From an uncultured Erysipelotrichaceae bacterium (lineage in GTDB: Bacteria > Bacillota_I > Bacilli_A > RFN20 > CAG-826), in assembly GCA_902796125.1 (NCBI GenBank), contig CADBNT010000064.1, positions 698 through 64,697 on the forward strand: 64,000 bases of DNA. Reading direction: 5' to 3'. Made by a program: the position numbers and the translations under genes. Of this stretch, positions 38,783 through 48,298 are shown piece after piece. The stretch's first letter is position 1. Every line of letters begins with the position of its first letter. A model generated the notes under the pieces. That model was not told the DNA's origin. It saw only the letters and a program-made list of their open reading frames with translations, and ran no database searches.

Positions 38783-38991
38783 ATGGATAGTAAAGACAAT
38801 GTTATCATAGACAAGAAACCTTCATGCGAATATAACATCTGTCTTTATATCTTAGAAGAATTATACGATAAGGGGGGTTATTGATGTCTTTTGAAATGAC
38901 TGAAGCCATAATTCTTCTGAGAAAGAAATACAAAATACCTAAAAATATCTATGGTAAAAAAGACAATAATTCCAGCAAACTAAGAAATTAG
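38783..38991 (+). other. Two tandem, translationally coupled micro-ORFs (33 aa and 35 aa)
   Basis: ORF A is ATG 38783 to TGA 38884 (MDSKDNVIIDKKPSCEYNICLYILEELYDKGGY). ORF B has its ATG at 38884, sharing TGATG with ORF A's stop (MSFEMTEAIILLRKKYKIPKNIYGKKDNNSSKLRN), and is preceded by the strong SD AAGGGGGG. Both fall below the length cut-off of the ORF track. Confidence 0.2.
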
Positions 38992-39084
38992 GAAAAGAAC
39001 TATCAAAAACGAGTCCAGATTATAAATTATGATTCTGTGCTTGTGTTTGTGTATCTACTGACGCAGAAGAGCGATTAGAGTCTT

Positions 39085-39690
39085 TTATCTATAGATTCGA
39101 CGATAATAATGATGTAGCATGTAGAAAACAAACATATGCTCGTCTAAATTCGAAATTGAAAAGTCAATGTTACTGTTATAAGCGTTCAATCCATGGGCAA
39201 GGGTATTACGCGACTTTCTACAAGCCTTATACAACTCTTTAAAAATTGAAAAATCAGTAAAATTATAGATAGTAACAAGTCCACTTAAAACGATACTGTG
39301 TTTCCTGTATTTATTAAATTCTATTTGAGTGGTCCCAATTAGAACATCACATTCATTGACTATTTCAGCCATTTTATCCGCATCAAAAAAATATGGCATT
39401 TTAGTGTCGTCAGGAATCACAAAGGCGCGAATTGTTCTTCCAACCCTATTTCGCCTTGAGTATACAGAAACAATTCCTCGCAAAGTTGCTTCAATAGCTA
39501 CATAAATGTCAAAATAGTATTTAAAAAACAGGGCGTTTTCTTGATCGGTATCTTCGCTATCATGTTTTTCCCACAAATTATCAGTAATAGTTAGTCGGTT
39601 CTTCAAAAGAAGAATTATCTCACTTGGAGAGAAAATCTGTACAACTGCCATCTTATTCAATAAAAGTCCCGACCGTTTCAAACCTATCAA
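39085..39690 (-). CDS. HEPN-motif (R-x4-H) protein, putative RNase/effector
   Basis: CRKSRNTLAHG contains Rx4H in an otherwise helical 201-aa protein. Its start overlaps the DUF262 gene by 38 nt. Confidence 0.4.
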   Translation of the reverse strand: MIGLKRSGLLLNKMAVVQIFSPSEIILLLKNRLTITDNLWEKHDSEDTDQENALFFKYYFDIYVAIEATLRGIVSVYSRRNRVGRTIRAFVIPDDTKMPYFFDADKMAEIVNECDVLIGTTQIEFNKYRKHSIVLSGLVTIYNFTDFSIFKELYKACRKSRNTLAHGLNAYNSNIDFSISNLDEHMFVFYMLHHYYRRIYR

Positions 39691-40798
39691 TGATTGTTTT
39701 TTTATTGGTCGTTGACCAATAAAACGGATTATCTATTTTTTCTGTTTGACACCAAAATTCAATTTTTTTCTTATTAAAATACTCTAAATCAAAATTCCTG
39801 CAACCATTTATCATAAAATATACTATTATTGCTTCTGCAGTAACCTCGTGGAAAGAGTTGTTTAATCCTTTTCTTTCTTCCGATACCCCGAGAAAAATAG
39901 ATGAATCATATTTTCTCAAAAAGTCGAACACATCTTTGATAATTTTGATGTGTTCACAATAATTGATTCTTTGAATATTAGATAAATACATGTACTGTGA
40001 AAGCATTGTTTTTTTAGACCCTGTAATTCTAATATTTGTTTTATCTGCCAACATATCTGTGTTGTGAAGCAATTGTTGTGTGATTTGATAATATGTCAAA
40101 CATCTTAAAATAAATTCCTCGCCCAATCCTCGTTCACTATATTTTCTTTTCGCAAATATACTGCCAAGCTTTTTTTCTGTCAAAAAAACATCCTTTAAGC
40201 ATCTACTTAAATCGCCATTATAGACTGCATTTCTTATTTCTTGATCAGTTAATTTTGCAGAGCCTGTATTTATTCTTTCAAAAATTTCTGTCATATAAAG
40301 TTTTTTTGTTGCTTCGTTATTTTCGACAGAATCAAAAACATTAAACTTTAATGAATAATCATCAAAAATATCTCTGTCTTCTGGCGATAAAGAATTGTAC
40401 GTAAAACCATTCCATTCACTACCCGGCAAATTTATCTTAAAAAGTTTATGAATTGTTCCGTTATCATAATGACCTTTTACAAATTGTTTAATACAAGTAA
40501 ATCTCTGCAAACCGTCAATCAATACAAATCGCTCATTATTGTTTTCTCTATCTCTAAATAAAAATAAATCTGGAACTGGTAAGCCTAAAAGGAGGGATTC
40601 AATAAATTTGCAACATTGTTTATAATCCCAAACAAAATTCCTTTGGAATTCAGGAATTACGATTTTGTTCCTTTCTTCAAGAGACAATAAATCACGAATA
40701 CTTCTTTCAATTTTAAAGGAATTGAATGAATACCTAGAAATCTTAATTTCCTCATCGAAGTTTTCATCAATCATTTCCATATAATTTCTCCTTTTCAA
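39653..40798 (-). CDS. DUF262 (ParB/Srx-like, GmrSD N-terminal domain) protein
   Basis: IPEFQRNFVWDYKQCCKFIESLLLGLPVPDLFLF and LIDGLQRFT correspond to the DUF262 QR/DGQQR motifs. 381 aa. Confidence 0.7.
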   Translation of the reverse strand: MKRRNYMEMIDENFDEEIKISRYSFNSFKIERSIRDLLSLEERNKIVIPEFQRNFVWDYKQCCKFIESLLLGLPVPDLFLFRDRENNNERFVLIDGLQRFTCIKQFVKGHYDNGTIHKLFKINLPGSEWNGFTYNSLSPEDRDIFDDYSLKFNVFDSVENNEATKKLYMTEIFERINTGSAKLTDQEIRNAVYNGDLSRCLKDVFLTEKKLGSIFAKRKYSERGLGEEFILRCLTYYQITQQLLHNTDMLADKTNIRITGSKKTMLSQYMYLSNIQRINYCEHIKIIKDVFDFLRKYDSSIFLGVSEERKGLNNSFHEVTAEAIIVYFMINGCRNFDLEYFNKKKIEFWCQTEKIDNPFYWSTTNKKTIIDRFETVGTFIE

Positions 40799-40900
40799 TG
40801 TACTATTTTGATTTTATCATCGATCAACAAGTTATTCTCTGATTTTTACAAGGATGCCTTTTAAAAGTATGTGAGCAACGAATTATATTTTAAGTTCAAC

Positions 40901-41647
40901 TCACTTCACATTCTTATATTTTTTCTTGCCGTAAAACGCCCATCTAACAACATAGAACCAACTCTTAAACCAATTAATTCCTTGGGTTTTATGGTAGACA
41001 CGATGCATTTTTCCGATGAGCTTAAATTTATTAGATGATTTGCTTCCAGGAAGAATGTTATATGTAGCAAGAACTTTCGGATTTCCTTTAGCAACATATC
41101 CTTTCCTTAATATATTGAGCCAAAATACATAATCTTCTGGTCTATCAATATCTTCAGGAAAGAATACTTCTCCAATAACACTTCTATCATACATAGTGGT
41201 TAAACAAGAAAGAGGATTTCCTTTTAATGCTTTTTTATAATCAACTTCATCAGGCACAAAAAAATCGGTACATGTACGTTTGGCCTTTCTTCTATATCCA
41301 GCAGAAATAAGAGGTCCATGTTCTTTTATAAACTCCAATTGACATTCTAAATAATTAGGATCTAGTTCGTCGTCAGAATCTAAAAAAGTAATGTATCTGC
41401 CACTCGCATGTTTTAAACCTAGGTTTCTTGCAACAGAAGTTCCACTATTTTTATCGGTTCTTAAAATGATAATCCTATTATCTTTTTTTGAAAGCTCTTC
41501 AATTAGTTTAAAAGAACCATCAAACGAATTATCGTCAACAACGATCCATTCCCAATCTGAAAAGGTCTGGGAAAGTACACTCTCGTACGTTTCTTTTATT
41601 GTCTTTTTGCAATTGAATGCAGGTGTAATAATACTAACTAGTGTCAT
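40901..41647 (-). CDS. Glycosyltransferase family 2
   Basis: VSIITPAFNCKKTIKETYESVLSQTFSDWEWIVVDDNSFDGS is a classic GT2 N-terminus with DXD. 248 aa. Confidence 0.8.
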   Translation of the reverse strand: MTLVSIITPAFNCKKTIKETYESVLSQTFSDWEWIVVDDNSFDGSFKLIEELSKKDNRIIILRTDKNSGTSVARNLGLKHASGRYITFLDSDDELDPNYLECQLEFIKEHGPLISAGYRRKAKRTCTDFFVPDEVDYKKALKGNPLSCLTTMYDRSVIGEVFFPEDIDRPEDYVFWLNILRKGYVAKGNPKVLATYNILPGSKSSNKFKLIGKMHRVYHKTQGINWFKSWFYVVRWAFYGKKKYKNVK

Positions 41648-41758
41648 ATGATTCGCTAATTTTTCTTTTAATATAATAATTTATTAACTTTCTAATGTCT
41701 ATTTTATAGACAGCTATTTGCAAAATTATTACTTAAATTATTTAATCTCTTGATAGAT

Positions 41759-41977
41759 TTATATCGCATATGGAAAAGGCACCACTTTTTTTAGAGTTTG
41801 TAGTGCTTTAATTCTTGGTTCATTAGCAGTCAATTTTTTCACAAATTCAAAAGAACCATCAGTAGATTGATCATCCACTATTATCCATTCCCGTTCAGAA
41901 TATGTTTGAAAAACAACGCTTGCAAACGTTTGCTGACTTGATTCCTTTGAGTTAAAAAGGGTGCAATATTGAAACAA
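41759..41977 (-). pseudogene. N-terminal fragment of a GT2 glycosyltransferase paralog (degenerate remnant)
   Basis: TLFNSKESSQQTFASVVFQTYSEREWIIVDDQSTDGSFEFVKKL aligns to residues about 10-55 of the adjacent GT2. The frame terminates after about 72 codons and no further coding signal follows. Confidence 0.55.
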
Positions 41978-42026
41978 TGTTTTGGATTATAAGCCAAAAA
42001 CGAACAAGTAAATATAATTTGTGTTG

Positions 42027-43040
42027 TTATTTTTTAAAAATCTTTCTTCTAAGTGACACCAAGTGTTTTGCAATTTGTTTGAAGAAAAACAATAAAGGAA
42101 TAGAAGAAATGTGTACTCTAGGTATTAAAAAAATGTTAGGAGCAAAAATACTTTTGTATGGATTAAATCCGCCAAAATCAAAGAAAGTTACTCCCATACT
42201 TTTAAATTGTTTAATTGCTTCCCAGCGAATAACGTGGTTCATATTGGTTTTCTTTTGAGATGTAAAAGAAGCGCTTCCAAAAGATAACGCATAATCTCTA
42301 TACACAAAATATATAGCTGTTCCTATCTCTTCGCCTGTAGAGGTGTTAATGGATTTATAACAGACAATATTATCCTGATATTGATTAAAAGATTCGAAAA
42401 GAGACACTACCTTTTCAAGACTGTAAAATGGCTTTAATTTTTGCAGAGCAAAAACTTCAATTAATTCATCATAGTATAATTTAACAAATTCATTGTTTGG
42501 AGCTGCTTTGACAACATCTAAATCATGATGCTTATAATTTCGTATTTTTTTTCTAAGTTGCTTCGGAAGTTTATTAAACAACGTTTCCTCGTCTTCCCTG
42601 AGATCGTAGTTCATATTTTTTATAACTTCATAAGTGATTTTATTATTTTTTAATTCTTCCAAAGAAATGTTTTTGTCGGTAATTTCGAAATACTTGATTT
42701 TATACTCTTTTTTAAGATACTTAAAAAGACCGCGAATTATAATCGAATAATCTTTAATCGGTTTTTCTGAATAAAAACCAATATAAGGTGTGTTCCACCC
42801 TTCAAATGGTGAGCAAAACATTTTTATGCCTAGTTTTTTAGTGATAAAACCATATGTATACACCAATTCACCATTGAAAGAAATCTTAAAAGCTAATGGA
42901 GTTCCAGGAACATTTTTAGTTAGAAAGTTTATCCAAGGTTCTGCAATAAAAATTGTTGGATTTAAAACGTTTTGGGTTAGTTTGTAAAAACAATCAAAAT
43001 TTATTTCTTCTATAGCCATTTCGTAATTATTTTTTTTCAT
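42027..43040 (-). CDS. FemAB-family (Acetyltransf_6/GNAT-fold) aminoacyl-transferase-like protein
   Basis: The C-terminal HVIRWEAIKQFKSMGVTFFDFGGF resembles the FemAB LQWEAI...YDFGG motif. 337 aa. Confidence 0.5.
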   Translation of the reverse strand: MKKNNYEMAIEEINFDCFYKLTQNVLNPTIFIAEPWINFLTKNVPGTPLAFKISFNGELVYTYGFITKKLGIKMFCSPFEGWNTPYIGFYSEKPIKDYSIIIRGLFKYLKKEYKIKYFEITDKNISLEELKNNKITYEVIKNMNYDLREDEETLFNKLPKQLRKKIRNYKHHDLDVVKAAPNNEFVKLYYDELIEVFALQKLKPFYSLEKVVSLFESFNQYQDNIVCYKSINTSTGEEIGTAIYFVYRDYALSFGSASFTSQKKTNMNHVIRWEAIKQFKSMGVTFFDFGGFNPYKSIFAPNIFLIPRVHISSIPLLFFFKQIAKHLVSLRRKIFKK

Positions 43041-43803
43041 CTTTAATTAATTCCTCTATTGATAATGTCTCAATTACATTTTTGTTGTTTACCAAGAAGG
43101 AACACAATTTCATAAATGAATCTTCTCCCCACTCCCAATCGTCAGCAGGATTCTCGACAATCGAATGAAACATAATGATAAGTGTTTTGTTAGTTTCTTT
43201 ATAATCATTAATAAAACGAATTAGATCCGACACTTTGGTGTGCTTTTTCACTACTAATGAGAATAATAAATGTTTATCAATTAAAGCCAACAAATTAGGT
43301 TCATTGAATTTCTTGTAGCAATGATAGAGGTGAAATAGTTTGTAAAAAACATAATTGACTTTGTTCTTAAACGAGTAGCATGACGGATTTCTTCCGCCTC
43401 TAATATATAAAATATCTTTTTCGTTTTTGTTTAAAAATAGTTTTAATTCATCTGAAGAATATTTGGAATTGGGAATTGAAAAACCATACTTCGGTTTTTT
43501 GATTCCCCATGATGATAGTTTCTTAATAGAAGTCAAAAAATCATCGACTTCCATAACATGTTTATCACCATGAGATGAAATATCCATATTATTGTCATGC
43601 ATTTCTAAAAGATGCTCTTTAGAAAGAGACTTTCTATCATTGCCGAAATCATTTGAAATGTACGTGCCATCGATAAAACCAGTCGCAATATGAAATGATG
43701 CATTCAAATTTGCGTTTTTTAGTATTTTATATGCAGCGAAAAACGAATCAATTCTTCCGTCATCAAAAGATAAACATATCTTCATAATAATGCCGCACCT
43801 CAA
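43027..43803 (-). CDS. Polysaccharide deacetylase (CE4/NodB-like)
   Basis: SFDDGR motif near the N-terminus and a downstream His cluster. 258 aa. Confidence 0.65.
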   Translation of the reverse strand: MRCGIIMKICLSFDDGRIDSFFAAYKILKNANLNASFHIATGFIDGTYISNDFGNDRKSLSKEHLLEMHDNNMDISSHGDKHVMEVDDFLTSIKKLSSWGIKKPKYGFSIPNSKYSSDELKLFLNKNEKDILYIRGGRNPSCYSFKNKVNYVFYKLFHLYHCYKKFNEPNLLALIDKHLLFSLVVKKHTKVSDLIRFINDYKETNKTLIIMFHSIVENPADDWEWGEDSFMKLCSFLVNNKNVIETLSIEELIKDEKK

Positions 43804-44861
43804 TTACTTTTTTCTATTATTTCTTTTATTGAACTAAGCCAATTTTTAATATCAAAATCACCAAACGGTTCATTAAGACTATTATTTCTTGTGTTGTGCA
43901 AAGATTCGATTTTATTAACATTGAAATTTGACTCAACTAGGGAAAAACAGTTGTCGTTCAAAAATAGAGAAATGTGTTGTTTAAACAAAGCCGGGTTTAA
44001 AAAGACAGAAAGACCATTCGTAAATGATTCAATAGCAACAAGAGGAAATGCTTCGTGCAAAGATGGAATAATTATTGCATCTAGCACAGAAAGTAATTCG
44101 TGCACATTTTCTTTTTGGCCCACGAAAACGCAATTGCTAGGCGCTACCGCTTTTATGCGTTTTTCATATTTCGAATCAACAAATCCACCAATAAATAAAA
44201 ATGTTATTTGCGGATATTGATTGGCTTTTTTAACTAAAAATAATTGATTTTTTTCTTTAGAAATTCGTCCAACGCAGCCAACAATTAATTGTTCGTTGGA
44301 ATAACCTAAATTTTTTCTCAATTCTTCTCTATTTGTTTTACTAAATAAAAATTTGATAGAATCTATGCCATTGTAAAGTGTCAAATCAGCCCTTCCCATA
44401 AACATAAATTTATTGCATTGCTCTGAAACGGCTATTTTGAAACCTATTTTTTTAAATACTTTTCTACCAATATTGTGTATTACTTTTTTAAAAATATTTG
44501 CTGTATGGGCATTGTGACCGTGTATCAACACTTTGCACTTTGCTTTTTTTAATTCATTAAGAAGAGGCCAATTGCAATAAGAAGATAAATTCACATAAAG
44601 AATATCGTCGCGGTCCAAATTATTAATTATTTTTTTTAAAGATTCTTTGTATTTAAATATTTGTTTTTTTGGTTGAATTGTTCTAATTTCAACCCCTTTT
44701 TTTAGATATTCTTCTTGGAAGGCTATTCTCTCATAGCAGGTTACAATGGTAATTGATCTTCTTTTTTCAGCAGATAAATCATTAATGAGATAATTCATCA
44801 TCAGCTCAATTCCACCTCTAACGCTATCAATACCAAAAATATAGATTCTATTCATTTTCAA
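43800..44861 (-). CDS. Glycosyltransferase family 4
   Basis: GT-B C-terminal domain with the EAFPLVAIESFTNG motif. 353 aa. Confidence 0.7.
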   Translation of the reverse strand: MKMNRIYIFGIDSVRGGIELMMNYLINDLSAEKRRSITIVTCYERIAFQEEYLKKGVEIRTIQPKKQIFKYKESLKKIINNLDRDDILYVNLSSYCNWPLLNELKKAKCKVLIHGHNAHTANIFKKVIHNIGRKVFKKIGFKIAVSEQCNKFMFMGRADLTLYNGIDSIKFLFSKTNREELRKNLGYSNEQLIVGCVGRISKEKNQLFLVKKANQYPQITFLFIGGFVDSKYEKRIKAVAPSNCVFVGQKENVHELLSVLDAIIIPSLHEAFPLVAIESFTNGLSVFLNPALFKQHISLFLNDNCFSLVESNFNVNKIESLHNTRNNSLNEPFGDFDIKNWLSSIKEIIEKSN

Positions 44862-45930
44862 TCACCTCACAGTATTTTGAAATAATTGCTTTTTGATCGA
44901 ATCTATTCGAATTTGCGATTGCGGCTGTTGTTAGGCGTTCGCAGAGTTCATCATCATCAGATAAACGAGCAAGTTGGGACGCAAAACTTTCATAGTCTTG
45001 TCTTTTATATAATAATCCATCAGTTTCATCAGTAATAATATCTTCAACACCAGGCCAATCACTAGACAAGCATGGGATTCCTAAAGAATAACATTCTAAC
45101 AAAGCATTAGACATTCCTTCGAAATCGCTAGTCATCACAAAACAGCGGTAATCAATTATTGTGTTATGGATATTTGGCAATGGGTCTTTAATAATAATAT
45201 TTGAAGGACATTTGGTTTTCGATATAAGGGCTTGGATAGCACCTTTATCTTCTCCTCTTCCGTAGATCTCCAAAAAATATTCAGGATGGGTTTCATGGAA
45301 TAACTCGAATCCTTTAATTAAAATATCTTGCCTCTTTTGATTAATTAAGAGTCTTGATAATGTAAATATCTTTTTCTCGCAAAAATTACCATGTTTGATA
45401 ATTGTTATTGATAAAGGGTTTGGAATAACAACTCCTTTGTTTCTGATTCTTTTGTGAAAGCATTTTTTCTCGTGTTGAGTTTGGAAAATAATACTTTTGA
45501 CGTTTCTACATAATACTTCGGTTATGAAATTCACAAACCTGTTTCTTACTTTAGATTTAGGGTCGCTAATTTCTCGGATGGTAATTCTTTTTGAATATTT
45601 CGGAGCAAAAAAGGAAACCATAGATCCTATCTTAAATGTCATACAAAGAATTGAATCTGGCCTATATTTTTTAGTATTCTCTTTGATCATTTTTTTCCAA
45701 ATTCCAATTGATTTAATTTTTTGTTTCGATGGATTGTTTTTGCCATAAAAAGGAACTACATTCACCTTTTCATTTAAATATTGGAAAGTATTATTGCCTT
45801 GCTCTTTTTGCAACAAGGTTAAAATAACAACATTCCATTGTTTGTCGGCAAAATGGTTAGCAATAAAACAGGTTATTCTTTCCAAGCCACCAGTACCCAA
45901 AGATCCAGTAACAATCATTAAAGTTTTCAT
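44848..45930 (-). CDS. Glycosyltransferase family 4
   Basis: EGMSNALLECYSLGIPCLSSD motif. 360 aa. Confidence 0.8.
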   Translation of the reverse strand: MKTLMIVTGSLGTGGLERITCFIANHFADKQWNVVILTLLQKEQGNNTFQYLNEKVNVVPFYGKNNPSKQKIKSIGIWKKMIKENTKKYRPDSILCMTFKIGSMVSFFAPKYSKRITIREISDPKSKVRNRFVNFITEVLCRNVKSIIFQTQHEKKCFHKRIRNKGVVIPNPLSITIIKHGNFCEKKIFTLSRLLINQKRQDILIKGFELFHETHPEYFLEIYGRGEDKGAIQALISKTKCPSNIIIKDPLPNIHNTIIDYRCFVMTSDFEGMSNALLECYSLGIPCLSSDWPGVEDIITDETDGLLYKRQDYESFASQLARLSDDDELCERLTTAAIANSNRFDQKAIISKYCEVIENE

Positions 45931-47030
45931 TTATTTCTTCCCTTAAATACTTTTATGTATTCCGATGACGCCCTATCAATAGAAACCATTTTTAAGTTTT
46001 CTACATAATTCTCTTCTAAAAGATCATTAATCGTATCTATTCTATTAAGAAATGACACCATACTTGTATACAGGCTATCTTCCAATTTTGAATCATAGGC
46101 AATTAATTGTCCATTTTTACTATTTACCACATCGGGTATTCCACCAACAGAAGTGGCAATAACAAAACTTCTTGAAGCAATGGCTTCGTTAATAACAATC
46201 GGATTTCCTTCATAAGTTGATGGCAAAAGAAGACATTTAGCATTAGTAATAAATGGGGAGACATCTTCAATAAACCCTTTAAACTCAACGCCAGGAATGT
46301 TGTTATCTGACACATATTGCTTGCACCAAGAAAGCAATGGACCTTCCCCTATCATCACCAATGTAGACGAAGGATGAACATCCAATACTTTTTTGAAACA
46401 GGAAAGAATTATTTTGGTATTTTTCAGCTCAATAAATCTTCCAATAAAAATGAAATCTATGTTTCTTTCCCCTAATGATGTTGATACGGAAAAGTGATTT
46501 GTTGGAACACCATTATAGACAACTTCTACATAGGAAGGATCCAAACGATAATAATCACAAATGGATTTCTTGATTGTTTGAGATATAGCAACAGGAAAGA
46601 TATTTTTCCGCTTAAAGAGCATTTTGTAAAGAATATTTTTTGGTGCGCTCTTTTTGCCAACAACAGAGGTGTTGATCAAAGTATGGAACGTATAAAACGT
46701 TTTTATTTTTTTGAATATTCCAGAAAGCCAAATTGTGAGAATAGAATCTAAGTGAGAATGGATAATATCAGGTTTAATAGATTCAATAAGTTTTTTAAGT
46801 TTTTTAGCACATTTTAAATCTATTCCTTTTTTCTTTTCTAAAAAGAACATTTTGATTTTGCTTTGTTCCATTAAAGTTTTGACGATAGGATTGTCTTGTT
46901 TTGTATAAAGAGAAATTATGAATACTTCATCGCCTTCGGTTACAAAAGAATTAGAAAGATCAATCAAAAATCTTTCAGCACCACCTAAAGGATATAAACA
47001 AGGAATCACTTCACATATTCTCATTAGCAA
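45927..47030 (-). CDS. Glycosyltransferase family 4
   Basis: EGNPIVINEAIASRSFVIATSVGGIPD motif. 367 aa. Confidence 0.8.
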   Translation of the reverse strand: MLMRICEVIPCLYPLGGAERFLIDLSNSFVTEGDEVFIISLYTKQDNPIVKTLMEQSKIKMFFLEKKKGIDLKCAKKLKKLIESIKPDIIHSHLDSILTIWLSGIFKKIKTFYTFHTLINTSVVGKKSAPKNILYKMLFKRKNIFPVAISQTIKKSICDYYRLDPSYVEVVYNGVPTNHFSVSTSLGERNIDFIFIGRFIELKNTKIILSCFKKVLDVHPSSTLVMIGEGPLLSWCKQYVSDNNIPGVEFKGFIEDVSPFITNAKCLLLPSTYEGNPIVINEAIASRSFVIATSVGGIPDVVNSKNGQLIAYDSKLEDSLYTSMVSFLNRIDTINDLLEENYVENLKMVSIDRASSEYIKVFKGRNK

Positions 47031-48298
47031 ACCACCTCATAAAAAATATCCTTAGGTTTATTAACAATCTTTTTTGCTTTGTTGAATGCAGAGAAAACAA
47101 AATCATTTTCTCCAGATAAGACAATAATCAAAGGAATAAGAATTGATTCGATTTTCGAATTAAAAATTACTAAGAAAAATTGTATCAAAAATAGATAACT
47201 GCCAAACAATACAATGAAAGCCTTCGTCTTTTTTGAAGAGCTCTTCAATTGAATGAATGGGAATAAAATTAGTATTTCTTCAGCTATCAAAGCAAAGATT
47301 CCATAATCAGCACCGATTTCAGCAATATTATTATGAGCCATAATTTTGTAGTTACTAACCACACTGTTATATCCATTTCCAAATAATGGTGATTCAGCAA
47401 AAAGTCTAAATCCATACATCGCAGCGCTAAATCTTCCGATTGTTGAGGAATCAATTCTATAATCGCCAGCCCCGAAAAGAGATGAAATAATTGATAAAAT
47501 TCTATTTTTTATTGGGCTTAAAGCAGAGACTGAGGATAATAATACAAAAATAACAATAGCAATGATACTAAAGCCCACAATAATAAGTGGTTTAACTTTC
47601 TTCTTAGAAATGGCAATTAAAAAACAAATTACAATTACAAAAAGAAGCAAAATGTTAGAAATTGAACCAGTCAAAATTAAATAATATGAACTTAAAACAG
47701 AGATTACCGCCACAATGGTTATAAGCGTTTTTCTTTTGAAAGCATATATGTAGTAGCAATTAATTAAAAAAGCGAACATTATATGTCTAGCAACATCGTT
47801 TTGATTTCCAAAGTACGCTCCAATACGATTGGATAAATTTGGGCGTACAATCGCCATAAATTCAATGGCTGTAAAGAATAACAAAAATAGCCAGGAAGCA
47901 ACAAGAAAACCCATTAGATATATTTTAATATATCGTTTATTAGCAGAGAACCAAACATATGAAAATATTGATAACAAACCCATCAAAATAGGAGTTCTTG
48001 GAAAGTCATTAAACCCATTAACAAGAAAGCTTGTAAGCATGCAAAGCAAAATAAGCGAAGCACAAATTGCAAAAATGCCAATTTGAGGTACTATTTTGTT
48101 AAGAATCATATAAACTAATGAGCTGCCAATAAAAACGGCAACCAAGATAATATTGATGTAGTTAAATGGAGAAATGGCATCAAGTGTTAGTGAAATAAAG
48201 CACACCATCACAAAAGAGATGAAATTAATAATGGCAAGCAGATGACTAGAAAAAGACACCGAAAAATACTTTTTCAGTAAATGGTTAATTTTTTTCAT
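47024..48298 (-). CDS. O-antigen ligase / Wzy-like polytopic membrane protein
   Basis: 424 aa with about 11 TM helices and one larger loop, placed between the GT4s and Wzx. Confidence 0.55.
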   Translation of the reverse strand: MKKINHLLKKYFSVSFSSHLLAIINFISFVMVCFISLTLDAISPFNYINIILVAVFIGSSLVYMILNKIVPQIGIFAICASLILLCMLTSFLVNGFNDFPRTPILMGLLSIFSYVWFSANKRYIKIYLMGFLVASWLFLLFFTAIEFMAIVRPNLSNRIGAYFGNQNDVARHIMFAFLINCYYIYAFKRKTLITIVAVISVLSSYYLILTGSISNILLLFVIVICFLIAISKKKVKPLIIVGFSIIAIVIFVLLSSVSALSPIKNRILSIISSLFGAGDYRIDSSTIGRFSAAMYGFRLFAESPLFGNGYNSVVSNYKIMAHNNIAEIGADYGIFALIAEEILILFPFIQLKSSSKKTKAFIVLFGSYLFLIQFFLVIFNSKIESILIPLIIVLSGENDFVFSAFNKAKKIVNKPKDIFYEVVC

